Origin: Candidatus Multivoradales bacterium
Lineage (GTDB): Bacteria > Acidobacteriota > Thermoanaerobaculia > Multivoradales > Multivoraceae
Direction of reading: 5' to 3'
DNA: 64,000 nucleotides
NCBI GenBank assembly: GCA_965223325.1
Contig: CBDCWI010000001.1
Coordinates: forward strand, 224,001 to 288,000
Shown here: one piece after another, positions 38,043 through 50,700 of the stretch
How the letters are laid out: every line of letters begins with the position of its first letter
Numbering within the stretch: position 1 is the first letter of the stretch
Position numbers and translations under genes: made by a program
Notes under the pieces: generated by a model
What the model saw: the letters and a program-made list of their open reading frames with translations, nothing else
Database searches by the model: none
Told to the model about the DNA's origin: nothing

Positions 38043-38092
38043 ACCCGGGTCCCCCTACCCGGGTCCCCCTACCCGGGTCCCCCGCCCGGGTC
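38043..38092. repeat. 14-bp tandem repeat (ACCCGGGTCCCCCT), about 3.6 copies
   Basis: Copies start at 38043, 38057 and 38071, plus a partial fourth; each full copy contains the palindrome ACCCGGGT. Confidence 0.9.
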
Positions 38093-38154
38093 TGGGGTTG
38101 GCCGGGGGTGGTATTGTTCCATCGAACATTGTCTATTTGCTTTGGAGATCTGTG

Positions 38155-40047
38155 ATGCGGCCTCTTCCTGGTTCACTGCTCGTTGTTCTGCTCGGATCGT
38201 CTGCGTCGTTGCTCTCGGCTCAGGAACTGACGGTCAAGTTCGACCACTTCGGCTACCGGCCTGCCGACACCAAGATCGCCATCGCGACGACTGATCCTGG
38301 AGCGACTGCCTGGCTCGAGAGCGAGGCCGGCGAGACAGTGTTTCGCATTCCAGAAGACGGTGGCGCGATCACCGCCAAGGGCACCGACGGGCCGCACTCG
38401 GGCGATGAGGTCTGGTGGATCGACTTCAGCGACTTCGAGGGGCCGGGAACCTTCAGGTTGCGCTGGAGCGGCCAGGCGGCAGTTCCCTACACCTTCGATA
38501 TCGACCCCGACGTCTATCGCCTGCCTCTCCAGGTGGCGACGAAGGCCTTCTTCTATCAGCGTTGCAACACCGGCAAGACAGCCGCTTACGCTGGCACCTG
38601 GTCGGATGAGACCGCCTGCCACACCGGCGACGCAACCGCCGCCGTGGCTGCAGGTCATGGCGACCTCGGGGCACTCGACCTCACCGGCGGCTGGCATGAC
38701 GCGGGCGACTACAACAAGTACGTCTGGCCGGCGGTTTCCGACGCGATCGGCACCATGCTGTGGGCCTTCGAAGACAACCCGGGCGTCTTCGGCGACGGTG
38801 GCGGAGCTCCTCCTGGACTGGCGATCAACCTCGACATCCCCGAGTCGGGCAACGGCCTGCCTGACCTGCTCGACGAGGTGCGCTACGAGCTCGATTGGCT
38901 GCTACGCATGCAGCGCCCGTCCGGTGCGGTGCTGAACCGCCTGCGCCAGTCGGGCTTCGTCTTCTCTTCGCCCCCGAGTACCGACTCGGTCGAGCGCTTC
39001 TACCAGGACCCGACGACCGAATCGACGGCGGTCGCTCTAGGCTGCTTCGCGCTTGCGGCGCGCATCTTCCGAAACCAGGGCGAGACCGCCTACGCCAACC
39101 AGCTCGAGGCTGCAGCAGACGACGCGTGGAACTGGCTCGCTGCGCGCGAGGATTCGCCAATCAAGATCTGGGCTGGCGCAGAACTCCTGCGGCTCGACCC
39201 AACGAGGACGACGATTCGAAACCGCATCGACAACGCCACCAACTGGGGAGAACAGTGGTTCGAAATCGACGACTACTACTGGCGCGCGGCGGTGACCTAC
39301 CTGCAGACCCCGGGCGCCACCGCAAGTATTTCGAGCGCCATGCGAGCACGCCTCGACGCTCACGTCGACCAGATCTTCGCCTGGTCTGATCTCTACCGCG
39401 TTGGGATGGCGGACTGGCAGTACTACTGGGGCTCGAACCGCCCACGTGCGCTGTACGGCCTGTTTCTTCTCCAGGCCGCCAAGCTCGGCTCGACCGGCAG
39501 CCGCTCGGTCAGAGAGACCAGAGAGCATGCGCAGGACTTCCTGCACTATCTCCACGGCCAGAACGCCCTCAACATGCTCTATCTCACCAACATGCAGAGC
39601 GCCGGCGGCGAACACTCCTCGTACCAGATCTTTCACGGTTGGTTCGGCAACTGGGACGACCTCGACGGCCGCGCCAGTTTCATTGGACGGCCGACAGCGA
39701 CCACCGAAACGGCCTACCCGTACTTCGACGGTACCGACAATCACGGCATCTCCGACAACAAGGTCTCCCAGCACGGTCCCGTCCCCGGCCTCGTTCCCGG
39801 TGGACCCAACATCGACTACGGCAGCAACGGTGACGAGTCGGTGCCACCGATGAACGTCGCCACCTACGACCGTGCCTACCGCGACTGGGCCGACCAGAGC
39901 GTGTGGACCGCCCGCACCTGGGAGATCACCGAGCCGTCGATCTCATACCAGGGACCCTACGTCGCCCTCGCCGCCTACTTCGCCGGCACCGGCTCCCAGA
40001 TCTTCAGCGACGGTTTCGAGTCAGGGACGACCAACCGCTGGGACTGA
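38155..40047 (+). CDS. Secreted glycoside hydrolase family 9 with N-terminal Ig-like domain
   Basis: Signal peptide from ATG 38155 (SD GGAG); FYQRC, GGWHDAGDYNKY, IPESGNGLPDLLDE, WGSN, YLHGQN, WEITEPSI. Confidence 0.92.
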   Translation: MRPLPGSLLVVLLGSSASLLSAQELTVKFDHFGYRPADTKIAIATTDPGATAWLESEAGETVFRIPEDGGAITAKGTDGPHSGDEVWWIDFSDFEGPGTFRLRWSGQAAVPYTFDIDPDVYRLPLQVATKAFFYQRCNTGKTAAYAGTWSDETACHTGDATAAVAAGHGDLGALDLTGGWHDAGDYNKYVWPAVSDAIGTMLWAFEDNPGVFGDGGGAPPGLAINLDIPESGNGLPDLLDEVRYELDWLLRMQRPSGAVLNRLRQSGFVFSSPPSTDSVERFYQDPTTESTAVALGCFALAARIFRNQGETAYANQLEAAADDAWNWLAAREDSPIKIWAGAELLRLDPTRTTIRNRIDNATNWGEQWFEIDDYYWRAAVTYLQTPGATASISSAMRARLDAHVDQIFAWSDLYRVGMADWQYYWGSNRPRALYGLFLLQAAKLGSTGSRSVRETREHAQDFLHYLHGQNALNMLYLTNMQSAGGEHSSYQIFHGWFGNWDDLDGRASFIGRPTATTETAYPYFDGTDNHGISDNKVSQHGPVPGLVPGGPNIDYGSNGDESVPPMNVATYDRAYRDWADQSVWTARTWEITEPSISYQGPYVALAAYFAGTGSQIFSDGFESGTTNRWD

Positions 40048-40098
40048 GGAGAGCTTGCCTTAGACTTGGCCAAGCGACCCACTCAGCGAGGACCAGAC

Positions 40099-41664
40099 AT
40101 GGCAGCGCAGTCTCCTTTCGACCAGCGGCAGGTCACCGAACACTTCGACGTACTGATCGTCGGCGCCGGCATCTCCGGCATCGGTACCGCCTTCCATCTA
40201 GCCGACAAGTGCCCCGGCAAGACCTACGCGATTCTCGAGGGGCGGGCGAACTTCGGAGGCACCTGGGACCTGTTCAAGTATCCCGGAATCCGCTCGGACA
40301 GCGACATGCACACCCTGGGGTTCAACTTCAAACCCTGGCGTGAAGCCAAGGCGATCGCCGACGGGCCATCGATCATGCGCTACCTCGAAGAGACGATCAG
40401 CGAGTACGGCATCGACCAACACATTCGCTACAACCAACTGGTGCACAGCGCGTCGTGGTCGAGTGAAGAATCTCGCTGGACGCTCACTTCGACCGACAAG
40501 GAAACCGGCGAGACGACCAGGCGGAGCTGCAACTTCCTGGCAATGTGCGCCGGCTACTACAGCTACAAGAAGGGCCACACGCCGGAGTTCGCCGGTCGCG
40601 AACGCTTCGCGGGCGAGATCATTCACCCACAGCAATGGCCCGACGACCTCGACTACACCGGCAAGCGCGTCGTGGTGATCGGCTCGGGCGCCACGGCCAT
40701 GACCCTGGTCCCGTCAATGGCCGACCGAGCCGCCCACGTCACCATGTTGCAGCGCTCCCCCACCTATGTCGTGTCACGGCCCGACCGCGATGTCATCGCC
40801 AACACCCTGCGCAGGATCCTGCCCGAGCGCTGGGCCTACGGCATCACCCGCTGGAAGAACATCGCCATGCAGGAGTTCTTCTACAAGCAAACCCGTACCA
40901 GGCCAGAAAAGGTCAAGAAGAAGCTACTCGACCTGGTCGAGAAGGAAGTCGGCACGGCCGAGCTCGAGCGCCACTTCACGCCGAACTACAACCCCTGGGA
41001 TCAACGCCTCTGCTTGATTCCCAACAACGATCTCTTCGAAGTCATCAAGGCGGGCAAGGCCTCGGTGACCACCGATCACATCGAGACCTTCACCGAGACC
41101 GGCATCCAGCTCGCCTCGGGCGAGACTCTCGAGGCCGACATCATCGTCACCGCCACTGGCCTCGAACTGGTCGTCCTCGGCGAGGTGGAGTTCGAAGTCG
41201 ACCAGACGCCCGTCGACTTCTCAAAGACGTGGACCTACAAGGGCATGATGTATTCCGACGTCCCGAACATGGCTGCGACCTTCGGCTACATCAACGCCTC
41301 CTGGACTCTTCGCGCCGACCTCATCGCCGAGTACGTCTGTCGCCTCATCCAGCACATGGACGCCACGGGCACGACCCAGTGCACTCCCCGCCTCCGCGAC
41401 AGCGACCACGATATGCCCAGGCGCCCCTGGATCGAAGACTTCTCCTCGGGATACATGCAACGCATCATGCACATCTTCCCGCGCCAGGGTGATCGTGAAC
41501 CATGGATCAACCCGCAGCGCTACAGCCACGACAAAACGATGTTCCGCCAGGGTCCGATCGACGACGGCTGCATGATCTTCGAACAGGCCGCCGCCGGCCG
41601 ACCAGCAGCCGGCCCGAGAAGGGGCCACCCAACCAGCCAGCGCGAGCAGCGAGCGGCCTCCTGA
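40099..41664 (+). CDS. Flavin-containing Baeyer-Villiger-type monooxygenase (EthA-like)
   Basis: GAGISG, GGTWDLFKYPGIRSDSD, FAGEIIHPQQWP, GSGATA, PWDQRLC, GYINASWTL. Confidence 0.95.
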   Translation: MAAQSPFDQRQVTEHFDVLIVGAGISGIGTAFHLADKCPGKTYAILEGRANFGGTWDLFKYPGIRSDSDMHTLGFNFKPWREAKAIADGPSIMRYLEETISEYGIDQHIRYNQLVHSASWSSEESRWTLTSTDKETGETTRRSCNFLAMCAGYYSYKKGHTPEFAGRERFAGEIIHPQQWPDDLDYTGKRVVVIGSGATAMTLVPSMADRAAHVTMLQRSPTYVVSRPDRDVIANTLRRILPERWAYGITRWKNIAMQEFFYKQTRTRPEKVKKKLLDLVEKEVGTAELERHFTPNYNPWDQRLCLIPNNDLFEVIKAGKASVTTDHIETFTETGIQLASGETLEADIIVTATGLELVVLGEVEFEVDQTPVDFSKTWTYKGMMYSDVPNMAATFGYINASWTLRADLIAEYVCRLIQHMDATGTTQCTPRLRDSDHDMPRRPWIEDFSSGYMQRIMHIFPRQGDREPWINPQRYSHDKTMFRQGPIDDGCMIFEQAAAGRPAAGPRRGHPTSQREQRAAS

Positions 41665-41721
41665 GAACGCCATGCCATTGGGGAGCGGCCGTCGCCGAGG
41701 CTGCGGTGGTCTCGCGGTGAT

Positions 41722-44700
41722 CTAGCGGACGAGCGACCAGGCCTCGACGCCGCCTGACTCGAAGTCGTCTGCGAAGAGAACCGGCAGATCGGGGACCTCG
41801 CCGCCCTGGAACGCGTCGAGCGGGAGCGCCGGGTCGCCGATCAGGTTGTAGATCCTCGGCAGGTGCGGAATCGAACTCTCGTGCGGAAAGGCTTCCAGCG
41901 CACGACGAATGGCAGCCCCCAGCGACTCACTTGCCGGGTCGAAGAGGTACTCGGTGAGCGAGGCGTCCAGGTCAACAGCCGCCGAGTTCACCGACAGACC
42001 CGACGGTCCCCAGACCGCCAGCGCACCACGATCGGGCACAACAACCAGCGCCTCACTAAGGGCGGTGAGACCCGGGAACTCGAAGCGGCCGACCGAGCAG
42101 GTCAGGCTAGTGACCACCGGTAGGCGACCTCTGCCAGCCAGCGAGGCGACGTCGGCGGTGGTGAGCACACCCTCGGCGGTCAGGCGATCGAGACCGCCGT
42201 GGCCAATGTAGTTCAGCCACAGTAGACCGTCATCGAGGCGCTCTCGGACCGCCGCCCGTGCGGCGTCGGCACCGATCTGATCGAGATAGACCCGCTCGCT
42301 CGAAAGCGACTGCGGAACCTCGGCCCAGATGCGGTCCGAATCGGCGGCGAAGTCGCCAGCCTGGTCGCCGTCATCGGCCAGCAGCAAGACCCGGTCGGCG
42401 CCCGAAGCGCCAGCGTGCGCTGCGGCGAGCTTGTCGAGGTATAGGCCGAGCTCCTCGTTGGTGAGCACCGGAATGCGACCGACGACGACCTCCGGAACCG
42501 CGTCGTCGCCGTCCACATCACCGAGCACCATGTCTGACGCATAGAGACCATTCGGCGTCTCAATCAGAAGCGGTGGGACGAGGTTGGTGCCCAGACCGCG
42601 ATGATCGCGATAGTCGAAGCTGCCCTTGCCCACCAGGACGGCGTAGCGCGGCGGCGTTCGCCAGGTCGACCAGGCGTGGCCGAGGAAACGCCGCAAGGCA
42701 TCGGGCTCGGGAGTGCCCAGAGCGAAGCCATCGAAGATCGATTCGAGGGTGACAACCCGGGCGCTCAACCCAGTGCTGCGTTTCATCTCGGCGAGGTCCT
42801 CTGCCCCCGCAACGAGGCTTTCGGGAGCGATCACCAGGTACTCCGCTCCACCGTCGTCGGGGTCGGTGAGCTCGGCCCCCGCCATCGCTCGGTAGCGCGG
42901 TTCGGCCACCGCCGCTGCCTGAGCGGCGAAGATCAAGTGACCGCTCTGCTCGGGAACGAAGTGCACTGCAAACGGGGCGCTCGTCCCGGCCTGGACCTCC
43001 ATCTCGATGAGCCGCGGCAGATCGGGCTCGGTCACGTCGGCGACCACGATGTTCTGGTCGACGAAGCCATCGAGCACTGTCGGCTCGACCGACACAGTGG
43101 TAAACAAGAGTCCCTCGGCCCCGACCGTCGGCACACTCAGGTAACGTAGCTCGACCGAGTCCAGGTAGAAGATGCTGCTTGGCACCCCGTCGGGACGGGT
43201 GGCGACGAGCTCCAGGGTGTTGGTGCCCGGCTCGAGATGGCGACTCGGCAGGCTGAAGCGAACCTCGTGGCGACCCCGCCCGTCGAAGGAGACGGAGCCC
43301 GCGTGCTGACCGTTTGCATACAACGTGAGGTGGTGGTCGGTGTCGGCCAGGGACTCGGTGGCTGCAAAGAGAGCGAGGGTGACCTCGGCGGTATGTGCTG
43401 CGGCGGAGAGACCGGGCGCTCCGATCTCGACGGTGCGCGACCCAGCGGCAGGATGGCTCCCGACCAACACCGCCTGGAACCAGAACTCGGAGTAGGGATC
43501 ACGGGCGGCGGCAGTGGCGGCGAACACGTTCTGCTCCACGCGCGTACGGGTTGACACCCAGCGTGCCTGTCCGGAGGTCGCCCGCCCACCCGGCAGGACC
43601 GTTCCAACCGAACCCGGCGCGAGGTCGAGGGCATAGGCGTTCCAGGCACTCATCGACCCTGCTGCCTCGGCCCAGAAGAACAGTGCGTCTCCCCGGCTGA
43701 ACCAGCCCACGCCGTTGCGCCGTCGGTGACCGGCGTACTGGTTGCGGAGCCGGAACGAACCGTTCGCCAGACGCGCACGAACCTCGTCGAGGGTGAGATC
43801 GAAGAAACTCGCGAGCTGGGCGGCTGGAACACGGTACAGGCCGACCTCGTCGGTCTCGAGCAGCAGGCCAGAAGCACCTCCAGCCGAACGCTCGAGACTC
43901 ACCCGGCGAGCCAGGCCTGCCGCACGCCGCTCGGCGAGTCGCTGCGCGTCGAGGGCTGTGGCGCCATGAGGTGTGACCAGTACATCGTCGTCCAGGAAGC
44001 GAGACACGGCCCCGCTGGCCGTGACCCGGAAGGGCCCATAGCTCTTGACCCTGGAGCCGACTTCGATCTCCTCGAGCAGGTAGGTCGAAACGACCGCAGG
44101 GTCCGCGGCACCGTCGAGGACGGCGTAGCTGGCACCAGCGTAGGCCGAGGGATCGGCGACGATCAGGTGCTCGTTGACCCGCACCCATGAACCATCAGGA
44201 GCGGCTCGGTAGAGATCGAACCCGAGAGTTCCGTTCTCGCTCGCCGTCTCCCACTCGACGACCGCTCCGCCCGACTGCAGACGGGCCTCGAAGCGGGTCA
44301 AGAGAACCTCGGTCGCCGGGCGGGTGAAGCCGAAGTGCTGGTTGGGAACGTTGGCCGCTGCGATCGCCACCGGCTGCACCGCCGCGGTGCCGGTTTGCGT
44401 CGTCTGCTGAGAACCGGCCAGGAACGTACCGGTGGTATCGACCGCGATGATCCAGTCAGAGTTAGCGGGAAGACCGGCGAACGTGTAAGAGCCATCGGCC
44501 GCCGACGTCGTACTACCAAAGAGGGGGTCCGACGCATCGAGAACTCCATCGCCGTCGAGATCCCTGAAGAGGAAGACCGCGTTTCCTCCGATGCCACGTT
44601 CGAGCGGTGGTTCGAGCGTGGCGTCACCGTCGTTGTCGAAGTAGGTGACGCCAGAGATTGCGTACGAAGTTCCGGAGACCGAGTAGCCGAAGTCCGACAC

Positions 44701-47700
44701 CAGACTGGTGGGAGCCCGACTCGACGTCAAGGTCACCGGATGCGGGTTCTGCTGTGAGTTGTCGTTGACGTTGACTGCCCCGGTCGTCCGTGCCAACGAC
44801 TCGAGCACACTCACCACATCGGTGAGCTCGACCAGATAGCTCGCCGGCGCCGGCAGGCCGAGGAAGAAGTAGCCACCATTGGAGTTGGTGACCGCAGAAC
44901 GTAGGAGATTGTCGATCCCGACGTCGAGAACTCCATTGGCGTTGGTGTCATGCCAGAGTCGCAGGGTGACGCCTTCAATTCCCGATTCGTCGGCGTCGAG
45001 GTCGCCATCGTCGTTCTTGTCGTGCCACACCAGATCTCCAATGGCTCCTGAACCACCGCTCGGGGCGTAGCCGAAGTCGGCCAGGTTGTAGTCGTCGCCA
45101 GCCGCAAGGGTGATCGTTGCCGTCGGATCTGAACCAGCGGTGAGGTTCAGGCCCCACAGAGCACCGGCGGCATCGCTGACCGCAACTTGATAGTCGCCGG
45201 CGAGGATCCCACTGAAGTCGTAGTTGCCGCTGGCGTCAGTGACACTGGATGCAATCACCACACCCGAGTCGTTCAGAAGATCAACGGTGACATCTTCGAG
45301 GCCGAAATCGCTGCCATCGAACGAGCCATTGCCGTCGAGGTCAACGAAGACCAGGTCGCCGACTGTGGCAGCAGTCGAGCCCGCCACCAGCTCCCGGAAC
45401 CCGAAGTCTGCGAACAGCCAGTCGGTGCCCGCAGTCACTCCAAAACTGATCGTGGCTGACGGATAGATCGTCGGTTGAGGGTCGAACCCGGCGGGAAGAG
45501 TCGTTGTGTCGACCGCCGCTGTGTAGCCCCCCGTTGTCGTCACCCCGGTCGCGAGATAGCGACCGTCGGCACCGGTCGTGACAACCGTGCTGTAGCCTCC
45601 CGGTCCGGTGATGGTGACCTTGACTCCGGCGATGCCAGCCTCCCCAGGATCCTGGAAACCGTCCCCATCGCGGTCGAAGAACACCGTGTCGCCGATCGAG
45701 CTGCCGGTTGACGGCGCGTAGCCGAAGTCGGCGCGATCGTAGAACTCTGCTTCCGATAGAGCAATAGCGCCTGAAACCGCCCCGGTTCCAGTTGTCGCCG
45801 CGAAGCCGCTCGCGAGAGTGCTCTCGTCGGGGTCGACAAAGTAGGTCCCGGCGGTAAGCCCATCGAAGCGGTAGCGACCATTGATGTCGGTCTCGACCGA
45901 GGCGACCAGGGTGTCGCCAGCGTCGTACAGACCGTCGCCGTCGTCCTCATAGAGCTCGAGAGTCACGAGCGGCAGACCCGACTCCGACGAGTCGAGGATC
46001 CCGTCACGGTCGGCATCGAACCACACCCGGTCACCGATCGCGCCAGCCTCTTCCGTTCGGTTGTAGCCGAAGTCGACACCCGTTACGTTGCTCGACGAGA
46101 GCACGATCGGGAGTTCGTCGAAGCCGCTGGTGAGAACGGCATCGCGCAGCGCCCCGGCTTCGTCGGTGACCCGCACCGAGTACGTGCCAGCAGGCAGATC
46201 GTAGAAGGTGTAGTCGCCACTCGCGTCGGTGATGACACTCGCGATGACGACTCCGCCGCTATCGTGGAGATCGAGGGTGACGGCAGCAAAGCCCGGCTCC
46301 GCCGCACCGTCGTCGATGCCGTCGAGGTCGAGGTCATTGAAGACGTTGCCCGAGATGTCGGCCAGGGCGTTGTTGCGGAAACCGAAGTCGGCGTCGAGGT
46401 AGCCAGCAGCCGAGCTGATCAGGACCGCCTCGATCTGAACACCCGCAGCATTCGGCCCCGTCTCCTGATCGCTGGTGGTTGCGGTATAGGCCGCAAGCGC
46501 CGCCTGGCTCCCGTCGACACTCGCGAACCAGGTGCCACCGGCGAGCCCTTCGAAGCGGTACCAGCCGCTGGCATCCGTGAGGGTGGTTGCATGGAGCGTG
46601 TCGACGGTGGTGTCGAGGACGCCGTTCCCATCGACATCGGTCCACAGGGTCACGGTCGCTCCGGAAATCCCCGGCTCGCCGGGGTCATGGACGCCATCTC
46701 CATCGGCGTCACTGAACAGGCGGTCACCAACCGCACCCGGCACGTTGTAGCCGAAGCTCGAGGCCGCAAGGTCTGCGCTGGCAAGAAGGACACCTTTCTC
46801 GAAGGCCAGCCCGGCCGCGGTGGTACCCGTGAGGCCGAGAAGTTCCAGGTAGTTGTCGGACATCTGAATGGTGTAACTCCCGGTGGCGACGCCATCGAAG
46901 GAGAACGACCCATCGCTCGCCGATGCGACGGTTGCCACCACGCGGCCCTGGTCATCGAGGAGGTTGATGGATACATCGGGAATGCCCGACTCACCGACGT
47001 CGACGAGGCCGTTGGCGTTGGCGTCGAACCACACCCGATCTCTGATCTCATAGGTCGAGGCGCTCGAGAACCCAAAGTCGGCCTGGAGGTAGACCGTGCT
47101 GGGATTCACCGAAAGGGGTGGGCTGGTGCTGCCACCGATGCTCTGCGCACCAACGGTTGCACTGTAGCCATCGAGAACGCCTCCGGAAGCGAGATCGGCA
47201 GCCGCAACCGCGACGGTGTAGTCGCCTGGCGTCACACCGGTGAAGAGATAGCTCCCGTCTGCCGCGGTCGTCGTCGAGCTGACCGTCGTACCACTGGCGT
47301 TGTTGAGATGGATGGTGACTCCGCGAATCCCGACCTCGCCGGGATCCTGGATCCCGTCGCCGTCACCATCGCTCCACACTCGATCACCGATCGTCGCTGC
47401 CGTGGTGTCCGTCGGTGCGTAGCCAAAGTCGAGATCGCGGGCCTCTTCGTTCGCAATCACGGTGCGGGTTGTGCTGGGGTCGGTCACCGTCCCCGAGAGG
47501 CTGAGACCAGACGGTCGCGTCGTGTCATCCACCGCGACGAAGTAGACCCCGGGCCCAAGAGCCGAGAACAGATAGGCCCCCTCGAGATCGGTCTGAGCCG
47601 TCGCCACCAGGGTGTCGTCGCCCCCGCCGACGGCATTGTCGGCGCCGGCGTCCCAGAGCTCGACAGTGACGTTGGCGAGTCCAGGCTCGCCGATGTCCTG

Positions 47701-50700
47701 CACGCCGTCGCCGTCGGCATCGAGCCACACCCGATCTCCGAGCGCACCGCCGGACGCCAGCTTGTCGATCGCCAGATCGAAGACCGGGTTGATGGTCTCG
47801 AGCGATACCGCGCCCGCCTGGTTGAGGATCTGGCTGAGGCCCGCCGCCGGCGGGTTGTCGACCTGAACCGACAGGTTGATCGTCATCGACTCACCACCCA
47901 GGAGGGTGTAGCCATCGGACACAGCGACTACCAGCGGCGGCGAGTTGCCAGCCACGGTTTGGAGCTGGCGAGTGGTGGTCTCGACCTTGATTGCGTCCGC
48001 CCAGAGATACTCGGAGCCGTTGCTCTTGAGTCCCGAAGACAAGAGGCGCAGGAGGTTGTCGGCGGGATTGCCGTCGTTATAGCTCGCCGGAGGCAACGTG
48101 TACGACCTGGCGACATAAGCCGCATCGGTGCCGGCACCACCAAAGGAGCCGAGGGTCGTCCAGCTGGCTCCGTTGTCATAGGAAACGTCCAGGTTGACGA
48201 AGTCGCTCGCCGCCGAGAAGTTGATGCGCCGGTACTCGAGGGAGATCTCCGCCGACGCAGCTCCGGTGAGGTCGAAGGCACGCTGCGCACCATTGCCGGC
48301 CCGGGCGATACGCATCGAGAGGTCGCCGAGATCTGTCGCGATGGTCACGTCACCAGTGGTCGTTACACCATCGTCGGAGATCTCGGCCCAGGCCTGAGGA
48401 GTCCAGTCGATCGCGCCGTCGCTGCCGTTGTAGGCGGCCGGGTAGGTGGCAGTGAAATCGTCTCGATAGTCACTCACGACCGACACTGGCGCAGTGACGG
48501 ACGACGGGGGAACGAAACTGGCGCCCGCTGGAATCGGGTCCGAAACCGCAATCTGAGTGGCGGGCGCCGTGCCGGTGTTGGTCACCACAATGGTGTAGTT
48601 GATCGCAGCGCCCGGATTGACCGGACCACCGCCGGCGCTCGACGTCTTCTGAATCGTCAGGTTGGTCGCCGCGCCAACGCGGTAGCCGAAGTCGATCGTG
48701 TTGTCGACGTTGCCGCTGGCGATCGTGACCGCACCCCGATGATCACAAACGGTGCAGTTGTTGCCCTCGTCGGGATCGTAGCCGAGAACGACATTGGGCG
48801 GCAGCGTTCCGGTCATAACGCGCACGGTGTAGTTGCCATCTGCCAGGTCAGCGAAGGCGTAGTGGCCGTCGGCGTCGGTGTTCGTGGTGTCGATGACGGC
48901 TCCCAGGTTGTCGAGTAGATCGACCTGGACGAAGTAGAGGCCGTTCTCGGTGACCGGGTCATAAACACCGTCGGAGTTGGCGTCGAGCCACACCGTGTCG
49001 CCAATCACGCCAGGTGCCATCACACCGATGTCAGCGTACTTGACGATGTTGGTCGGCGGCAGGAAGAAGCCGAACTCACCATCGCAGACGATGCAAGGCC
49101 CGCTTTCGTCCGGATCGCCGGTGACGGTCGAACTGGGAAGGTCGGGATCGGTGAGGTCGAGCACCACGACGTAGTAGTCCGAGGGCAGACTCACGAACTC
49201 GTACTGTCCAAGGGCGTCGGTCACCGCCGAGGTGTAGAGGGTGTCGGTGCCAGCGTCGTAGACACCGTTCTGGTTCACATCGACGTAGAGGTTGACCGTC
49301 GCGTTGGGCACCCCGGGCTCTTCGGCGTCCTGGAGGCTGTCCCGATCGTCGTCCCTCCACACGCCGTTGCCAATCGAACCGCCGGGGGCGAAGCCGAAGT
49401 CCAGGTCGGTTCTGGTCTCACCGGTTGTGAGAACGACCAGCTCCTCGTCGTTCTGGGTGGTGAGGGTGTAGCGGTTGCCGTTGCCGTCGTTTGGCAGATC
49501 GCTGTCGAGCTCGTCGACATCGACCAGGTAACGGCCCGCGGCGAGGCCCGAGAACTCATAGTGCCCGGAGGCGTCGGTGCTCGCCACCCGAACGACCGCG
49601 TCGCTGGCATCGATGACACCGTTTGCATTGGTGTCTTCAAAGAGCACCACGCGAATGTTCTCGAGACCGATTTCGGTGGGATCCAGGACGCCGTCGCCGT
49701 CGTCATCTGCGAACACCGTATCGCCGATCCTCGCCGTTCCCGTGGGCTGATAGCCGAAATCGAGGGTAGTAACCGAGGCCGTTCCATCGGTGATCGCCGA
49801 GGCACGACTGTCGCAAGCGGAACAGAGACCGGGCTGGTCCGGATCTGCCGTCAGGATGGCGCCGGCGGGAAGATCGGGGTCGGCGAGGTCGACGACCACG
49901 ATCCAGTTGCCGGCCGGAAGATTGCTGAATGAGTAGCTACCGTCGGCAGCGGTAACCGTCGTTGCCACGAGCGCGTCGGTCGCGTGGTTGACGGCACCGT
50001 CACCGTCCTGGTCTTCATAGAGCCAGACCGTGACGCTGCCGATCCCCTCTTCGGCCACCTCTTCGGTACCGTTCGCGTTCCAGTCGACGAAGACGGTATC
50101 GCCGAGGGTCGAGTTCCCACTCTGGGTGTAGGCGAAATCGTGGTGTCCCGAAAGAGCGCCACCGGCGAGCGTCTGAGTGGCGGTAGTCCGGTCGTCGAGC
50201 GTGACATCGGTGTCGACCGTCTGCGTCCAGGTGCCGCCGGCCGGCAGGGTCGTCGTGTCGACGACCGCCTGATAGTTCCCGTCAGGCAGGTCGGACTGAG
50301 TCCACGAGCCATCCGCCCCGGTGGTCGTAAAGCGTGTCGCACCGTCGTCGCCGTTGCCGCAGATCGCATCGACCCCGCAGTCCTGAACCTGGATGGTCAC
50401 GCCACCGATTCCATTCTCCCCGTCGTCTTGGACGGCGTCGCCATCGTGATCGTTCCAGAGCGAACCGAAAATGGTGTTGGGAATGATGTAGCCGAAGTCG
50501 AGGCTCAGATCGTCGTCGTTGGCGGTGCTCCCGTTGTGGCTGTTGATCACCGCCGAACCGCGATCGTTGCAGACCGTACAGACGCCCGCCTCGTCTGGAT
50601 CACCCGTCGCGGTCCAGGTGGCACCGGGCAGGCTCGGTGGGATGACAACCACCACCCAGTTGCCGTCGGTGACAGCGGTGAACAGGTAGGTACCGGTGGC

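Noticed and set aside
46264-48918. 884-aa plus-strand ORF and other long antisense ORFs (e.g. 6541-7497, 19768-21048, 22197-23549, 25480-26592, 54738-55826)
   Set aside because: Shadow ORFs opposite well-supported genes in GC-rich DNA, with no recognisable motifs.
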